A stretch of 64,000 nt of DNA from Mobula hypostoma (Eukaryota), in NCBI RefSeq assembly GCF_963921235.1, contig NC_086097.1, positions 246,514,001 to 246,578,000 on the forward strand, read 5' to 3'. The notes beneath the pieces were generated by a model. That model made no database searches and was not told the DNA's origin. It worked only from the letters and a program-made list of their open reading frames with translations. Numbering within the stretch: position 1 is the first letter of the stretch; the number at the start of each line of letters is the position of its first letter. Shown one piece after another: positions 25,195 through 38,565 of the stretch. Both the position numbers and the translations under genes were made by a program.

Positions 25195-26510
25195 GCAAAA
25201 CACACAAAATGCTGAAGGAACTCAGTAAATCAGGGGAAGGGAATAAACAGTCAACTTTCAGGCTGAGACCCTTCATCAGAACTGGAAAGGTAGGGGGAAG
25301 AAGGAGTACAAGTTGGCAGATGAAACCATGTGAGGGGGAAGGTAGGTGAGCAGGAAGGGGATATGAATAACTCAGCAAGCCAGGCAGTATCAATGGTAAA
25401 GAGTAAACAGTCGACATTTCAGAAAGAGACCGCTTTTCAGAATTGAGAGGAAAGGGGGGAGATGCCTGTATTAAATGGTGGGGGGGAGAGGAAAGAGGCA
25501 AGTTGTAAGATGATAGGCGACACCAGGTAGGTGGGAAAGGTGAAGGGCTGGAGAAGAAAGAATCTGATAGGATAGGAGAGTGGACAATAGGAGAAAGGGA
25601 AAGAGGAGGGGGCACGGGGCGGGGTGTAATAGGCAGGTGAGAAGTAAAACGTCAGAGTGGAGAATAGAGAAGGGGGTGGAATTTGGTTCATCAGAAGGAG
25701 AAATTGATATTCATACATTAGCTTCGAGGCTACCTAGATGGAATACAAGGTGTTACTCCTCTACCCTGAGGGTGGCCTCATCTTGGCCTAAGAGGAGGCC
25801 ATGGATTGACACATTGGAATAGAAATTGAAATTAAATGTTTGACGACCAGGAAGTCCCACTTGTGGCAGATGGTGCGGAGGTGTTCAACGAAATGGTCCC
25901 CCAATTTCGGGTGTAGAGTAGACTGCACCGGGAGCACCCGACACAATAGATGAGACCTGCAGATTCGCAGATGAAGTGTTGTCTCACCTGGAAGGACTGT
26001 TTGGAGTTCAAAATACAGGTAAAAGAGGTATTCTGTCCCAATAAAAAGGTCGGGGGGGAGGGGGAAGGTGATAGGTGAAGTTAGGTAGGGGAGAAAGCTA
26101 AAGGGCTGGAGAGAAAGGAAACTGACAGGAGAGGAGAGTGAACCATGGGAGAAAGGGGAAGAGGAGGGAACCCAGGGGGAGGTGATAGGCAGGTGAGAAG
26201 AGGCAAGAGGCCAGAGGGGGGAACACAAGAAGTGGGGAGGGGAGAAAAACAAATTTTTACTGTAAGGAAAAATCAATTGATATTCATGTCATTGGGTTAG
26301 AGGCTACCCAGATGGAATACAAGGTACTGCTCCCCCACCCTGAGGGTAGCCTCTTTGTGGCACTAGAGAAGGCCATGGACCAACATGTAGGAGGGGAATG
26401 GGAATCGGAATTAAAATGTTTGCCCACGGGGAAGTTCCACTTTTGGCGGATGGAGCAGGGGTGCGTGATGAATCGGTCCTCCAATTTGCAACGGATCTCA
26501 CCAATGTTTT
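25195..26510 (-). mobile_element. Decayed partial-tandem Penelope-like element
   Basis: GIY-YIG remnant KQSFQVRQHFICESAGLIYCVGCSRCSLLY. The ORF-end plus purine-rich pseudo-LTR unit occurs twice. Hammerhead-like motifs at about 25247-25284 and 25405-25445. Confidence 0.8.
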
Positions 26511-26688
26511 ATGAGACCAGTTTTATATGGATGAGGACACTCTTCAGAAGATAGTTGGAACTGCTGTCGGTTCTTTCCAATTAGAAAATTAATTATTAAC
26601 CAAAGACATACATTAACACAAAGCGTCCATCTTGATGAAGATGATTTTCATTCAATTTCCCATTTGGTATGTAAGACAATGAACTGAC

Positions 26689-26791
26689 CTGAGGTTCGGA
26701 TAACGCTTCCTGAATGCTGTTTATTGGACCATATGGTATCCCACTACCTTCAAACAGTTGCAACCACTCTTGTGTTGTCTTCTCTGAGAAT
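26689..26791 (-). CDS. SUGCT: SUGCT internal exon D (A+FSEKTTQEWLQLFEGSGIPYGPINSIQEALSEPQ)
   Basis: 103-bp exon between atgactag and gtcagt. AG from exon C plus A gives an Arg codon. W..LFEGSG.PYGPIN matches SUGCT. Confidence 0.95.
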
Positions 26792-27214
26792 CTAGTCATA
26801 AAAGAGATTTGTGGTTTATACATGATGTACTGATTTTGGATTTGAACAGCAGTAGATGACTTAATTTGCAGTAGCCAGCAAAAAAATAAAAATACACAAT
26901 AATTTGCAGAACTAAACACTTGTCCTGAGGGTGTGGGAGACATTCTCCAGATAAGATGTTTCCTGATTTGAAAACAATCAAAGCAAGCAAAAATGTATTG
27001 TCAGCAGGACCTTTAATATTTTTATAGATCTGTTTATTTCCATTTTTCACAAATACTTGAAAATTTTTTAAGCTGCATTTCATTTTGCTTTTTGGTCTTT
27101 ATCTCCGGTCATAGTACGTATGTTAGGAAAATTACATTTTATATTGAAATGACTACGAACAGAAGTTTGGAAAGCCATAAATCATAGGACATCTCCGCTG
27201 TATGTTGCTATAAT

Positions 27215-28875
27215 CTAAGACCATGAGACAATAGACAATAGGTGCAGGAGTAGGCCATTCGGCCCTTTGAGCCAGCACCGCCATTCACTGTGATCATGGC
27301 TGATCATCCACAATCAGTACCCTATTCCTGCCTTCACCCCATATCCCTTGACTCCACTATCTTTAAGAACTCTATCTAACTCTTTCTTGAAAGCATCCAG
27401 AGGATTAGCTTCCACTGCCTTCTGAGGCAGAGCATTCCACAGATCTACAACTCTCTGGGTGAAAAAGTTTTTCCTCAACGCCGTTCTAAATGGTCTACCC
27501 CTTATTCTTAAACTGTGGCCTCTGGTTCTGGACTCCCCCAACATCAGGAACATGTTTCCTTCCTCTAGTGTGTCCAATCCCTTAATAATCTTATATGTTT
27601 CAATCAGATCCCCTCTCATCCTTCTAAACTCCAGTGTATACAAGCCCAGACGCTCCAATCTTTCAACATATGACAGTCCCGCCATCCCCGGAATTAACCT
27701 CGTGAACCTACACTGCACTCCCTTAATAGCTAGAATGTCTTTCCTCAAATTTGGAGACCAAAACTGCACACAATACTCCAGGTGTGGTCTCCCAGGGCCC
27801 TGTACAACTGCAGAAGGACCTCTTTGCTCCTATACTCAATTCCCCTTGTTATGAAGGCCAGCATGCCATTAGCTTTCTTCACTGCCTGCTGTACCTGCAT
27901 GCTTACTTTCAGTGACTGATGAACAAGGACACCTAGATCTTGTTGTACTTCTCCTTTTCCTAACTTGACACCATTCAGATAGTAATCTGCCTTCCTGTTC
28001 TTGCCACCAGAGTGGATAACCTCTCATTTATCCACATTAAACTGCATCTGCCATGCATCTGCCCACTCACCCAACCTGTCCAAGTCACCCTGCATTCTCA
28101 TAACATCCTCCTCACATTTCACACTGCCACCCAGCTTTGTGTCATCTGCAAATTTGCTAATGTTACTTTTAAACCCGTCATCTAAATTATTAATGTATAC
28201 TGTAAACAGCTGCGGTCCCAGCACCGAGCCTTGCGGTACCCCACTGGTCACTACCTGCCATTGTGAAAGGGACCGTTAATCTCCACTCTTTGTTTCCTGT
28301 CTGCCTACCAATTTTCTATCCATGTCAGTATCCTACCCCCAATACCACGTGCTCCAATTTTGCCCACTAATCTCCTATGTGGGACCTTATCAAAGGCTTT
28401 CTGAAAGTCCATCCACTGGCTCTCCCTTGTCCATTTTCATAGGTACATCCTCAAAAAAATTCCAGAAGACTCGTCAAGCATGATTTCCCCTTCGTAAATC
28501 CATGCTGACTCGGACCGATCCTATTACTGCTACCCAAATATACTGGTATTTCATCTTTTATAATTGACTCCAGCATCTTCCTCACCACTGATGTCAGGCT
28601 AACTGGTCTATAATTCCCTGTTTTCTCTCTCCCTCCTTTCTTAAAAAGTGGGATAACATTAGCTACCCTCCAATCCACAGGAACTGATCCTGAATCTATA
28701 GAATATTGGAAAATGATTACCAATGCGTCCACGATTTCTAGAGCCCCCTCCTTAAGTACCCTGGGATGCAGACCATCAGGCCCTGGGGATTTATCAGCCT
28801 TCAGTCCCATCAGTCTATCCAACACCATTTTCTGCCTAATGTGAATTTCCTTCAGTTTCTCCATTACCCTAGGAC
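27215..28875 (-). mobile_element. CR1 LINE RT portion, 5'-truncated
   Basis: [53 protein letters not shown]. (attgtct)n tail. Confidence 0.92.
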
Positions 28876-29179
28876 CATTTGACATAGGAGCAGAATTACA
28901 CCATTCAGCCCATTGAGTCTACTCCACGATTCCAACATGGCTGACTTATTTTCCCTTTCAACCACATTCTCCTACCTTCTCCATGCAACTTTTGATGCCT
29001 TTACTATTCAAGAGCTTATCAACCTCCACTTTAAATATACCCAATGATTTGGCCTCCACAGCCACTTGTGGCAATGAATTCCACAGATTTGTCACACACT
29101 AGCTAAAGAAATTTCTCATCTATTCTGAAGTGATGTCCTTGTATTCAGATGTTGTACCTTCTAGCCCTAGATTCCCGCA

Positions 29180-30445
29180 CTACAGCCAGAATAAACCCAC
29201 GCAAAACTGCAGGGCCAAACAACATACCTGGTGTTGAGAGACTGTGTAGTCCAGCTAACAGAGGTCTTAACATCTCTTTTTCATCTCGAGAACTGTCCAC
29301 GGTCCCCACAGGCTTGAAGGTAGCCACTATCATTCCAGTGTCCAGGAGAATAACAGTAACTGGCTTGAATGATTGCTACCCAGCGGCACCGACTTCAACC
29401 ATGAAGTGCTTTGAGCAGCTGGTCATGGGTTGGATAAGATCCCACCTTCCAGCTATATCAGACCCTTTCCAGTTCGCCTACCGCTCAAACTGATCCACTG
29501 ATGATGCCACAGCCTCGACACTCCACTCTGTCCTGTCCCACTTGGAAAACAATGTCTCAGAGGCCAGGATACTATTTGTCGACTTCAGCTCGATGTTTAA
29601 CATGGTCATCCCTCACAGGCTGGTGGGTAATCCGAACCCTGTTTGGGCTCAGCACCCCTCTCTATAACTGGATCGTGGACTTCACCATGGAAAGAGCCCA
29701 GTTAATCTGAGTTAGAAGCAACATCTGAAGCTCCATCACGTTGAGCACTCATGCTGCTGACTCACGTCTGTACTGCCAGCTCCAGCTCAAACCACATCAT
29801 CAAGTTCACTGACGCTACATCATTGGTTGGCCTCATCGGCAACAATGAGAAGTTGGCATACAGAGAGGAGGTCCAGAGGAGGCCGGTCAAATGGTTTCAG
29901 AACTACAACAAGAGTCTTAACATGGACAAGACAAAAGAGATAATTGTGGACCACCCTCCTTTGCACATCAATGGTTTTATCATGGAGAGAGTGAAGAGCA
30001 CAAAGTTCCTTGATGTGCACATAACGGACGATCTAACTTGGACCCACAACACCTCTTCTCTCATCAAGAAGGTACAGCAACATCTACACTTTCTGAGTTT
30101 GAGGTGTGCCTAACTCCCCGGCCCATTCTAACAACTTTCTGTAGGAGCACCATCAAGTGTCTGGCTGCATCATTGTGTGGGATGGAAACTGCAGGACATC
30201 AGACCACAAGATCCTTCAGAGGATTGTAAAAACCATGGAGAGGATCACCGGGGTCTCCCACTCCACTACTTGTGATATTTACCTGGAGCGTTGTATATGA
30301 AGGGCCCAAAGGATTGTTGAAGATCCCTACCACTCATCCCACAATCTCTCTGACCCACTACCATCAGGAAGGAACTACAGGAGCATCAGGATTAGGACTG
30401 TCGGACTGGATAACATCTTCTTCCCTCAGGCTGTGAGACTAATAC
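29180..30445 (+). mobile_element. Rex1/Babar-type LINE RT remnant
   Basis: INPRKTAGP, MKCFEQLV, DPFQFAYRSN, IIKFTD, FLDVHITDDLTW. Heavily decayed. Confidence 0.8.
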
Positions 30446-30731
30446 CCTGTCACCATTAAGATATCGTCACTAAGACAGCACGCTATTTACTGTTTATCTG
30501 TGCTGCATGCACACTTCACATGCATTTTGAATTATATTTTATTAACTTATTTTGTTTTATGTGCTGTGTGTGATATATGTATTGTGGGTGTAATGTGGTC
30601 CAGAGGAACATTGTTTCATTTGGTTTTATATATGTACAGTCAGATGTCAATAAAACTGAACTTGAATTATAAGAAACATCCTCTCCATATCCAGTCAAAC
30701 TAAGTCTTTCTATGATTTCAAGTCTTTCAGG

Positions 30732-30805
30732 AACAGTTATTACCCCTCAACCATCTCAATATGTTCTCAACAGTTATTACCCCTCAACCATCTCAATATG
30801 TTCTC
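30732..30805. repeat. Exact 37-bp tandem duplication
   Basis: aacagttattacccctcaaccatctcaatatgttctc occurs twice head-to-tail inside a Rex-derived fragment. Confidence 0.9.
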
Positions 30806-30973
30806 AATATTTATTTATTATTATTTCTCTCTTTTTATATTGGAAGAGTTTGTTGCCTTTTGCACTCTGTGTGTACATTGAGATTATGCTGTCTTTCATT
30901 GATTATTTATTATTATGGTTATTGGATTTATTGAGTATGCCACAAAAAAAAATTAAACTTCAGAGTTGTATAT

Positions 30974-31426
30974 AAACATAGAAAACAGCACAATACAGCC
31001 CCTTCAGCCCAGAAAGCTGTGCCGAACATGTCCTTACCGTAGAACTAACGAGGATTACCCATAGCCCTATATTTTTCTAAGCTCCATGTTCCTATCCAGG
31101 AGTCTCTTAAAAGACTCTATCATTTCCGCCTCCACCACTGCCGCCGGCAGCCCATTCCATGCACTCACCACTCTCTGCGTAAAAACTTACTCCTGACATC
31201 TCCTCTGTACCTACTTCTAAGCACCTTAGAACTATGTCCTCTCATGCTAAGCCATTTCAGCCCTGGGAAAAAGCCTCTCACTATCCATACGATCAATGCC
31301 TCTCATTACCTTATACACCTCTATCAGGTCACCTCTCATCCTCCGTCGCTCCAAGGAGAAAAGGCCAAGTTCACTCAACCTATTCTCATAAAGCATACTC
31401 CCCAATCCAGGCAACATCCTTGTAAA
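30974..31426 (-). mobile_element. CR1 3' fragment, same subfamily as 15521-18660
   Basis: FTRMLPGL..YENRLSELGLFSLERRRMRGDL. Same 3' UTR and tail. Confidence 0.88.
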
Positions 31427-31694
31427 CATATGGTATTTTGATAACAAATGTACTTTGAACTTTGAACTTAGGCTGTTGTACTCAATAAAACTATTATCTT
31501 GTATAACCAAATGGCCATCATTATGCCATTAAATGCTCTTATTTTAGTGCAGAATGAGTGACAAGCATAGCACTGGTACATTGAGTATTGAACTGGTAAA
31601 CCTGACTGTCACAAAACTCTTGATTCGTGCCCAGTGTAGTCAGGCAAATTCAACTTCAGGTTGCGGTTGGAGACATAAGAACACAAGTACTGAC

Positions 31695-32360
31695 CATAAG
31701 ACTGTAAGATACAGGAGCAGAATTAGGCCATTTGGCCACTGAACCTTCTCTGCCATTTCATCATGGCTGATCCATTTTCCCTCTCAGCCCCAATCTCCTG
31801 ATTTACATAAGAAGATAAGAAACAGGAGCAGGTGTCGGCCATCCAGCCCATCGAGCCTGCCCTGTCATTCAATAAGATCAGGGCTGATCTGTCCGTAAAC
31901 TCAGCTCCATCTACCTGCCTTTTCCCCATAACCCTTAATTCCCCCAATATGTAAAAATCTAACTGTATTTTAAATATATTTCGTGAAGAAGCCTCAACTG
32001 CTTCCCTGGGCAGAGAATTCCACAGATTCACCACTCTCTCAGTTTCTCCTCATCTCCATCCTAAATCTTCTACCCTGAATCTTGAGGCAATGTCCCCTAG
32101 TTCTAGTCTCACCTACTAATGGAAACAACTTTTCTATTTCTATTTTATCTATCCCTTTCAAAATTTCTTCCCATGTCTCTTCATGCCCTGACTAATCAAA
32201 AATCTATCAACTTCTACCTTAAATATATCTAATGACTTGGCCTACACAGCCACCTGTGGCAATGAATTCCACAAATTCACTACCCTCTTGCTAAAGAAAT
32301 TCCTCCTCATCTCCATTCTAAATGAATGCCCCTCCATGCCCCTCTGTGTCCTCTGGTCTC
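31695..32360 (-). mobile_element. Nested CR1 3' fragments
   Basis: VNLWNSLPREAVEA. Two CR1 3' UTRs, with one copy (about 31805-32165) inserted in the other. Confidence 0.75.
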
Positions 32361-33149
32361 AAGATAGCCTTATCCAGCATTCAATGAGTTCACAGCTGAT
32401 CAGAGCTTTGCCTCAACTCCACTGTCCTGCCTGTTCACTTTTGGATCCTGACGTTTTTGTGATCCAGAGGTTAGGAAGTCAAGAATGAGACATAAAGCTT
32501 TTGCTTGTTGCTTGTTGTTTTATTTAGTGTTACCAGAACAAAAAAGAACAGCAGAGCAGAGAATGAGGAAGTAGTGGGGTCGTCCTCTACAAATACTAGC
32601 ACTGACTGAAAAGATAACAATGACCAGTGATACAAACACAAGAAAATCTACAGATGCTGGAAATCCAAAGCAACACACACAAAATGCAGGCCAGGCAGCA
32701 TCAATGGAAAAGAGCAAACAGACGATGTTTCGGGCCAAGAAGCTTCATCAGGACCGGAAAGAAAGAGAAGTCAGTGTAAGAAAATGGGGGAGGTGATAGG
32801 TGAAACTGGCAGAAGGGGAGAAGAGGATGAGTGAAGTACAGAAAAATACAGAATCAGCTATACTACAATTACTGGAAAATTTACTGATCAACTGCACATA
32901 GAAAGGTGATTATATAAGAGTAAAAGCAAATATAGGAAAGATAAACTACAAGAAACATAACAATTCTACGCCCTAATCTACTGTAACATCTCACAACAAC
33001 ATTCTTCTATGAAACAATAGGCAGTCTGTTTCAGCCTTTATATATTTAATGACTCAATTGTTCTCCGGGTTTAAGAATTTCAAAGGTTCACGATCCTCTG
33101 GGAGAACACACTGCTCATCAACTCTTCCTTAAATGGATGATTCGTTTGA

Positions 33150-33735
33150 GGCCCTCCGCTGGATCGAGGTCAACCTTGGATATTGTGTCCCAGTTCTCTA
33201 CATTATACGTAAGCCTGGGTAGTATGAAGTGGAGAGCAAGCTATCGCCTGTGTAGCAGGCTCTCCCTCTCCACACAGCTGATGAGCCTAAAGGAACGGCA
33301 GGGACCTATATAGTTTGGCACCTACAGCATCACAGGGGTTGCCAGTCAGAATTGAAATCAACGTAGGACTGCCTAAGAGATTCCAGCTTCTGATTTTTCC
33401 TTGGGATTTACTCCCAAAGCTTTCCCCATGAGTGGGTATAGATGCAAAGCAGTGGAGATTTGAGATCAGAGTTTTCCTTCTCCTAGATGAGCTGCCAACC
33501 CATAGCTGAAGGGGCCCATCTGCCCGAAGTGACTGGTTTTAAGAATCCACTAACTCGCCTTTGCCTCTTCTCCTGTCAGTAGAAACAATTCTGCCGGGCT
33601 TAGTTGCTAAGCCACACGCAAAGTCCTGGACTTGGTTGTCAGAGGCTATTTGAGGTGCATGCCATTGGGAGCATTTAATAAAAAGTGGGTGCTTATCCCC
33701 ATAACCACCCCTGGCTATAACAACCTTAAGGAACC
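33150..33735 (-). mobile_element. RTE-type 5'-UTR-derived non-autonomous element
   Basis: Minus strand contains ggcagctcatctaggagaaggaaaactctga, a motif I recognise from RTE/BovB-type 5' UTRs. No ORF. Confidence 0.65.
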
Positions 33736-34716
33736 AGATGATATGTTATTCTGACAGTATGTACCATAGTTCTGCTGAGCATCTAACCTGTTAAGTTCAA
33801 GTTGAATTATCACTGAACCATACACCTGTGTACAGCTAAACGAAGCATTGTTTCTTTGGGACTATAGTGAAAAATATAGATCTACAGTCACAAACAGCAC
33901 ATATAGTCACAAAATAATATTAGCACAAATCTCTGAGTGGCAGGGGCTTAAGAGACAAACCAACAGGGTATGTTGTCCTGAAGCCAGTTTTCTGCAAGAA
34001 CATGCGTGTAGCAGTTTCTCATCTCTCCTGGCTCAGCCATAGCTAAAGGAATTCCAGCTTGTCTTCCAGGAGTGAATATAGAGAGCTCTCCCAGCGATTA
34101 GCCTGAAGGGGTCAGGCCCCAACCCAGCACAGATATTAGCGTGCCCTGTGCACCACTGTTCTCTTCTGCACTGCCTCAAGCACCTCCTCCTCTGGGTGGC
34201 TGTAACAGACGAGAATGCAGCATGAGGGCATGGTCTGTGCAACAACCAAGGCCACTCAGCTTCCCCGCCATCTGTCTCACCACAGAACCAATGAACGGGA
34301 CTTACAGTGTTCTGTAGTACCAGTATCCAATAGCGTCTTGCAATCACATGAAAAATGTTTAAGACAAGCACTTGCACTATTTGTTGGACCTGGAGAGGCC
34401 GCTGCGACTAAGCATGCCATCATCTTACCAGATGTGTTAAGTTCTGTAATGTCTTGTATGCTTGTAATACATTATGCAATTCTGTATTACGTCTCAATAG
34501 GTCACGTATTCATTCTTCCAAATTTCAGCATGTTTCATCAATATAGTGCATTTTGTGTCGTACAACATCTTAGGCTCTTAAAAGCACCATGAATTCTTAT
34601 GCTCACAATCAATCCCAAAGTCAGCTCTCAATGATGCAGAATCCTCCAAACTTGAATAGCTACTTCCTTAAAATGTGCACTATTGACCACAATGACTGTC
34701 CGAGCTTAGGACTAAC

Positions 34717-34814
34717 CTTGCACTCAGAACATCAATTAGATCTCCTCTGTTCTGAACTCGGAGCTTGTTTGTCTTGTACCTGGGTTCTTCACTTAAAGCA
34801 GGTAATGATAAGAT
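34717..34814 (-). CDS. SUGCT: SUGCT internal exon C (ILSLPALSEEPRYKTNKLRVQNRGDLIDVLSA+AG)
   Basis: 98-bp exon between ttttctag and gttagt, found by manual translation (absent from the ORF track). Contains the YKTN..RV.NR motif. Ends in phase 2, matching exon D. Confidence 0.93.
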
Positions 34815-35497
34815 CTAGAAAACATTAATGATTAACTACAATATGCATAAAATTCATTGTTATCTTCTTAAATTTAACTACTACATTTTGAATTCTGACT
34901 GCACAACGAAGACCAAGTACCACTTAAATTGTTTTGACGAACTGAAAAACCTTTCATGAATCACTTTGATATAAGAAAGGCAGGGTCATGTAGAATTGCG
35001 GTAGGGTAGTGTACTGGTTAGCACAATGCTTTATAGCACCAGTGGTCAACGATTGGGTTTCAATTCCCACTGATTCATAATCAAGGACATCCACCATCCA
35101 GGCCATGCCTCTTCTCACTGCTGCCACTGTGCAGGAGGTACAGGAGCCTCAGGTCCCATGCCACCAGGTTCAGGAACAGTTATTACCTTTTAAACTCTTG
35201 AACCAAAGTAGATAACTTCATTCACCTCAACTTTACAGACTCACTTTCAAGAACTCTACAACTCATGTGCTCAGTATTATTTTTGTTTTATTTGCTATGA
35301 TCAAACCCACATCCACCACTTACGCTAGCAGCTCAACCACGCTCACACTGCCCTCTGAGTGAAGAAGGGTGAATGGCCAAGATCTGCTCCTGTGTCCTAC
35401 GGTCTTTGATTGTTCCTGCAGTGACTCTTGACCAAGTTCTCACAAATGAAGCTTCTTCCCAATTAAGCACCAAGCAACTTGAAAGAAAACACTTTAC

Positions 35498-35569
35498 CTT
35501 ACAAACAATTGCAAACTGCTGATCATTTCCAGTTCCAACCACCAGGTATCCGTCCTTTGTCTTAAATGC
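35498..35569 (-). CDS. SUGCT: SUGCT internal exon B ([24 protein letters not shown])
   Basis: 72-bp exon between ttttgcag and gtaaag. Carries the CoA-transferase III motif FKTKDG..V.GN..QF. Phase 0/0. Lies inside ORF 35333..35608. Confidence 0.95.
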
Positions 35570-36177
35570 CTGCAAAATACAGGTAAAATCACAATAAAAG
35601 CAAGACAATTACAATCTCCTCATTAAAGTCTAGGAATTCAATAACCCATCAAACTTGCAGTGTGAGAAACAAGTGCCAGTGTGCTCCAGAGCCAGTTGCT
35701 CATGACTTTCATTCATAGAGTCATGGAGCTCCACAGCACAGAAACAGGCTCTTCAGCCCATCTAGTCTGTGCCAAACTGCTATTCTGCCTAGTCCCATCA
35801 ACCCACACCTGGAACATAGCCCTCCATAACCCTCCCATCTACGTACACTTAAATGTTGAAAATGAACTCACATCCACCACTTCCGCTGGCTCTCACCAGC
35901 ACACTCTCACCACCCTTTGAGGTTCTCCTAAAATATTTCACCTTTCACCCTTAACCCATAACCTCCAAGTTCCAGTCCCGCTCACGCAACCTCACTGGAA
36001 AAAGCCTGCATGCATTTACCCCATCTGTATCCCTCATGGGTGTAATTGGTGGTGCAGTCTTGTTGGGCCAGAAAAGCCTATTATGCTGATGGATCCCTAA
36101 ATAAAATAAGTAAAATTGTCTGGTTTCATCTGATATCCTATAGACGTGCATATTGGTAGAATAACTGGCCACTGTAA

Positions 36178-36772
36178 AATACCAAGAGCAGGGATGAGAT
36201 GCTGAGGCTTAATAAGGCACTGGTGAGGCCTCATCTTGAGCACTGTGAACAGTTTTGGGCTCCTCTTCTAAAAAAAGATGTGCTGGCATTGAAGAATGTT
36301 CAGAGGAGCTTCACAAGGATGATTCCGGGAATGAAAGGGTTACCACACGAGGAACATTTGATAGCTCTGCGTCTGTATTTGCTGGAATTTAGAAGGATGA
36401 GGGGGGATCTCATTGAAACCTTTTGAATGTCGAAAGGCCCAGAAAGGGTAGATGTGGAAAGACTGTTTCCCATGGTGGGAGAGTCTAGGACAAGAGGGCA
36501 CAGCCTCAGGATAGAGGGGCGTCCATTTAAAACAGAGATGCAGAAAAATTACTTTAGCCAGAGGGTGGTGAATTTGTGGAATGTGTTACCAGAGGCAGCT
36601 GTGGAGGCCAGGTCGTTGGGTGTTTTTAAAGCAGAGCTTGATCAGTTCTTCATTGGACAAAAGTTAGGGGGAGAAGGCCAGGAAAAGGGAAAAAAAGGAT
36701 CAGCCGTGATTGAATGGTGGAGCAGACTGGATGGGCCAAATTGCCTAATTCTGCTCCTATGTCTTATGGTCT
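36178..36772 (+). mobile_element. CR1 3' fragment
   Basis: LVRPHLE.C.QFWAP, RTRGHSLRI, RVVNLWN. Confidence 0.88.
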
Positions 36773-37202
36773 CCGGTGTGTAGGTGAGTGGTTGAATCTA
36801 GGGAGAGTAGATAAGAATATATGTAAAATTTGGGAAAAAATGGGGTAAATGGAGGGTTAGTGTATTTGGTGGATGATATAAACTGGGTGAGCCAAAATGT
36901 ATCTTGTATACCATAAACTTCTATATCTATCAGGTTGTTCTGGAAATCGATCACAAGTATTAGCTGTGGTCAACACCTTATCTGCTATTTTTCATCGTTC
37001 CCTTCCTAATAAATCGCCTTGAGATCGAGAAGCTTATAGATGTGGCAAGTAGGTGTGGAAGGCGATTGAATGTTCAGTGCTGTCTACCAGCCTCTCACTC
37101 ACTGTTGTCAGAGGAAGGTGTCAGCGTGTGATTCTCTCTCTCCCCTTCTCACTCACTGCTCCCAAGGGTAGGTGGTAGGTTCCTGCATTTGATATTGCTC
37201 GC

Positions 37203-37212
37203 TCTCTCTCTC

Positions 37213-37258
<46 letters not shown>

Positions 37259-37260
37259 TC
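37203..37260. repeat. (CT)n microsatellite
   Basis: Direct reading. Confidence 0.95.
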
Positions 37261-38029
37261 CCACCCCCCCTCCCCCCCCACCCTCAATACTGTTGGAAGA
37301 TGGTCTGTAGTTTGTGTTTGGGGCTGTAGATCCTGGTCACTCTATATTCTGTTGCTATTTTTGGGTAACTTTGAATCAGGCTGGCCTGCAGATAAGGAAA
37401 AGTAAGCTGAACTGTATATGGACTCTTTGATTTTGAGTTTTAAATTCTGTGTTTTCACTCGTTCTTTCTTGTTGCTGTTTGCATGATTTGCTTTTTGCAC
37501 GTGGGGGGGGTAAATGTTCTTGTTACCGCCTGCGCAAATTTTTGTGCATCTTGTGGGGGGGCAATGTTTTCCTTTGAATGGGTTCTATAATTTTCTTGTT
37601 TTGTGGCTGTCTTTGAGGAAGGCGAATCTCAGGGTTGTATACTGCATGCATACTTGGATAATACATGTACTTTGAATCCTTTAATTCATAAGTAAGACCA
37701 GGCACAAATACACAGCCCATGTTAATGCAAATAGTAAAAAATCCCAGCTACTGACAAATTCCAAAATCCCAATCATTCCTAAACATTCCTGCGTGCACCA
37801 CAACTCCACTACTCAATTACCAATAACCAATGGTGGGCACATTCCTTAAAATATATTTTTACACTCAGTGTTACTACAACACTCAAACACACTGGAAGTT
37901 AAAGAATTAATGTTCGTGCCGTCAGCTTGGAAGCTACCCAGATGGAATATGAAGTATTTCTCCTCCAACCTGAGAGTCCCCACATCGTGACAGTAGAATT
38001 TGCCACAATGAGGCCATCACAAGTTACAT

Positions 38030-38565
38030 AAAAGTACAGGTCCTTCAACCCTTCTAGTCCTTACCAAAACCAATTAAATTGCCTACTCCCATCGACCTGC
38101 ACCAGGACCATAGTCCTCCATACCCTACCATCCATGTATCTACCCAAGCCACTGTAACGTGGAAATCGAGCTCACATGCACCACTTATGCTGGCAGCTCC
38201 TTCCACACTCTCACAACCCTCTGAGTGAAGAAGATTCTCCTCATGTTCCCCTTAAACTTTTCACCCTTAACCTAAGATCTCTGGTTGTAATCCCACCCAA
38301 CCTTAGAGGAAAAAGCCTGCCTGCATTTATCCTATCTATACCCCTCATAATTGTGTACATCTCAATCAAATCTCCTCTCAATCTTTTACGTTCTAAGGAA
38401 TAAAGCCCTGATCTATTCAATCTTTCCTTATAACTGAGGTCCTACAGACCCGGCAACATCCTTGTAAATTTTCTCTGTACTCTTTCAACCTTATTACATC
38501 TTTTCCGTAGGTAGGTGAAAAAATTGCACACAGTACACCAAATTAGGCCTCACCAATGTCTTATG
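38030..38565 (-). mobile_element. CR1 3' fragment
   Basis: Similar to 56900-57460. A shorter related fragment lies at about 35715-36035(-). Confidence 0.8.

Noticed and set aside
1..26688. Next SUGCT exon (VLHNGL..MEHPTVG-like)
   Set aside because: Not found by eye on the minus strand. It probably lies outside the window, although a short diverged exon could have been missed.
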